A DNA stretch of 64,000 nucleotides from Chloroflexota bacterium. GTDB lineage: Bacteria > Chloroflexota > Dehalococcoidia > GIF9 > UBA5629. Below are positions 61,903 to 64,000 of the stretch, piece after piece. The translations under genes and the position numbers were made by a program. Under the pieces are notes generated by a model. That model did not search any database. It saw only the letters and a program-made list of their open reading frames with translations, and was not told the DNA's origin. The DNA lies in the NCBI GenBank assembly GCA_016865855.1, contig VGNX01000003.1, forward strand, positions 4,147-68,146. The letters run 5' to 3'. Position 1 is the stretch's first letter; the number at the start of each line of letters is the position of its first letter.

Positions 61903-64000
61903 TTGAGAAAGGCGATTTTTATTTTCCTCGGTTTATTCCTTGCACTGTCGATGTTCTCTTTCCCCGCAGACACGATAAGTGCCCAAACAACGTCCACTCC
62001 ACAATTATCTACATCTTTACCAGGCGCCATAACAGCGGATGAAAAAGCATTGATAGATGACATCCTAAAAGAACTTGATCAAGCCCGGAAATTAACCAAC
62101 GACAAGAATATCATAAACCAGATAGGAGTCATCAAAGACTGGGTCAAGAAGATGCAGGGTCTCGCAGAGCGTGGTGACACAAAAGCGGCCCTTGAAATCA
62201 AGTACACCATAGCTAAGCGGCTAGAATGGCTAATAAACCAGTTACCTCTGGCCACACCCGGCACGACAGCGGCTGTTGCCGCCGTACCAGCCCAAAACCC
62301 ACTGTATGATGAGCTAGTCAGAATCCGAGCTAAAATAGACAGGCTCATAGAGCTAGAGGAGAGGGAAATTCCAACCGAAAAGCCACCCCCTCCACCTGAA
62401 ATCCAACGCCCGCCGGAGATGGAAAAACTGATTGTTTACTCAGCCAAGTTCCTCTGCGGTCCGGCATTTGGCGGGGAAGGCGTTCAGCCCGGCTCCTACT
62501 CCACAGCCATCAATGTCCATAACCCGCATAACGACACTGTCTATTTGTTCAAGAAAGCCGTTATTGCCCAGCGAGAGGATGAACCCAGGGGCCGAATATC
62601 TGCCTTCCATAAAGTTCGTCTGGCACCTGATGAAGCCATTGAGATAGACTGCATTGATATCAAGTCACTCCTCGGTCCTACACGAGAAGAGACCGTGCCA
62701 ACTGCTCTACCCCAGCAAACGCAAACCTTGCTCCAAACCAGCGCAGTTAGCATCATGGAAACAAATCGTCTAATTTATTTTATCAAGGGCTTTGTAGTTA
62801 TTTACGCCACAGCGCCCCTGGATGTAGTTGGCGTCTATACTGCCAGTACCTCCGCTGGCTTCGGCCTCGATGTCGAACAAATACCACGCAGCACCGTCGG
62901 CGTCCGTCCCATACCTATTCCAGAAGAGCCAGAAGGAGAAGTATGTCCACCGGAATGCCGCGATTGCCTGACGAAGGAGCAGGCAGGTAAGAAATACGGG
63001 CCTGGTGGCGCTGTTACGTGCCAAGAACAACCGTGCGGATGGGATAAAGATCCACAAACAGGCGAGCGGATACCTATGTATTGCTGGAAGCCAACCGAGG
63101 AAGCTAAATGCCCCTATGGATGCGTCTGCCTATATAAAGAGGATGCCTACAAAAGATATGGACAAAACGCTGTTCTTTGCCAGGAACAACCCTGCGACTA
63201 TGATGAACGACAGACCCCTCTGTACTGCTGGAAACCAGCTGAGGAAGTCCAATGCCCGCAAGGATGTTTCTGCGCCACAGAGGCAGAAGCCAGGGAATAC
63301 GGCTACACCTGGTGTCAGAACCAGAAAATAGCGTGTGGCAAGGATGCCACCACTGGCGCCGACAGGTACTGCTTCCAGAAGCCAGTCGAGCAGGCTTGTC
63401 CACAAGGATGCTACTGTCTAACCAAGGACGAGGCCTATGGTAAATTGGGGTCCAATGCTACTCTGTGCCAAGACCAGCCGTGTGGGTATGCTGCAGGTGC
63501 GACAGGTGCTGTGCAAACCGCGAAGTATTGCTGGAAACCAACGGAGCAGATTCAATGTCCACAGGGATGTTACTGCCTGACCAAAGAAGAGGCAGGCAAA
63601 CGAGGTTACACCGCATTATGTCAAGAAAAGTCATGCGGAACTGATACCAGTGGAGTCCTTATGTACTGCTGGAAGCCAGCTGAGCAAGTGCAATGCCCAC
63701 AAGGATGCGTATGTGCCACCGTCGATGAGGCAAGGAAATACGGCTACGTTTATTGCCAGAACCAACAGATACAATGCGGCACCGATAGATATTGCTTCCA
63801 ACGGCCAGCCACCACAGAGGTTAAACCTACGCCTGGCAGAATACTCATCGACCCCGCCCAGGATAGAAACCCAGTGGGCACCCAGCACACCATCACAGTG
63901 GTTGTCTACGACACCAACGGCAAACCGATGGCAAATGTAAGAATATATATTAAACACACCGGCGCTAATAGCTTCGCCCCGATTGAGCTTACCACCGACG
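61903..64000 (+). CDS. Secreted protein with signal peptide, helical region, Pro-rich linker, beta-rich domain, six 6-Cys repeats and an Ig-like domain (3' end beyond window)
   Basis: Not in the ORF track because it is open at the window edge. AGGAGG precedes TTG 61903. My reading gives (M)RKAIFIFLGLFLALSMFSFPADTISAQ... with no stop through 64000. All listed minus-strand ORFs here are shadows. Confidence 0.8.
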   Translation, partial: MRKAIFIFLGLFLALSMFSFPADTISAQTTSTPQLSTSLPGAITADEKALIDDILKELDQARKLTNDKNIINQIGVIKDWVKKMQGLAERGDTKAALEIKYTIAKRLEWLINQLPLATPGTTAAVAAVPAQNPLYDELVRIRAKIDRLIELEEREIPTEKPPPPPEIQRPPEMEKLIVYSAKFLCGPAFGGEGVQPGSYSTAINVHNPHNDTVYLFKKAVIAQREDEPRGRISAFHKVRLAPDEAIEIDCIDIKSLLGPTREETVPTALPQQTQTLLQTSAVSIMETNRLIYFIKGFVVIYATAPLDVVGVYTASTSAGFGLDVEQIPRSTVGVRPIPIPEEPEGEVCPPECRDCLTKEQAGKKYGPGGAVTCQEQPCGWDKDPQTGERIPMYCWKPTEEAKCPYGCVCLYKEDAYKRYGQNAVLCQEQPCDYDERQTPLYCWKPAEEVQCPQGCFCATEAEAREYGYTWCQNQKIACGKDATTGADRYCFQKPVEQACPQGCYCLTKDEAYGKLGSNATLCQDQPCGYAAGATGAVQTAKYCWKPTEQIQCPQGCYCLTKEEAGKRGYTALCQEKSCGTDTSGVLMYCWKPAEQVQCPQGCVCATVDEARKYGYVYCQNQQIQCGTDRYCFQRPATTEVKPTPGRILIDPAQDRNPVGTQHTITVVVYDTNGKPMANVRIYIKHTGANSFAPIELTTD

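Noticed and set aside
61809-63957. Seven minus-strand ORFs (61809-62063, 62079-62348, 62541-62756, 62770-63057, 63104-63403, 63130-63405, 63631-63957) and several plus-strand off-frame ORFs
   Set aside because: All lie antisense to, or out of frame with, a single uninterrupted plus-strand ORF (61903 to the window end). That ORF has a Shine-Dalgarno, a signal peptide and coherent domain and repeat structure. The listed ORFs are shadow ORFs with low-complexity translations.

Overview
This is a chromosomal segment of about 50% GC. Gene content suggests, by inference only, a Chloroflexota/Dehalococcoidia-like bacterium. The evidence is an 11-gene nuoA-N operon with no nuoEFG, a four-subunit 2-oxoacid:ferredoxin oxidoreductase, and very dense palindromic intergenic repeats.

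Most of the window is housekeeping: RNase J, UDG, the nuo operon, rsmD-coaD, proC-yggS, leuS, a dnaJ-hspR-clp heat-shock operon, gpsA-plsY-der, argF, polA, mutM and one tRNA-Ala(GGC). Two edge-truncated ORFs are missing from the supplied track. They are RNase J at 1-1204 (minus) and a long secreted Cys-rich repeat protein from 61903 to the window end (plus).

Two short AT-rich islands stand out.

- **Island at 56.8-59.9 kb.** It sits in the 3' end of polA and is bounded by a 22-bp direct repeat plus a diverged polA C-terminal remnant. It carries a three-gene cassette centred on a GHKL (Bergerat-fold) ATPase. This is my best candidate for an undescribed conflict/defence system.
- **Island at 26.2-29.3 kb.** It lies between leuS and a methyltransferase gene. 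It carries a motif-permuted N4/N6 DNA methyltransferase, a 96-aa protein, and a 418-aa protein that I read as HhH-GPD-like with an EndoIII-type 4-Cys cluster. It may be a methyltransferase-linked DNA glycosylase module.

At least four families of palindromic MITE/REP-like repeats fill the intergenic space, including inside the nuo operon. They form tandem arm arrays, nest within each other, are flanked by long direct duplications, and generate many spurious ORFs.

No CRISPR array, rRNA, transposase or integrase was seen.
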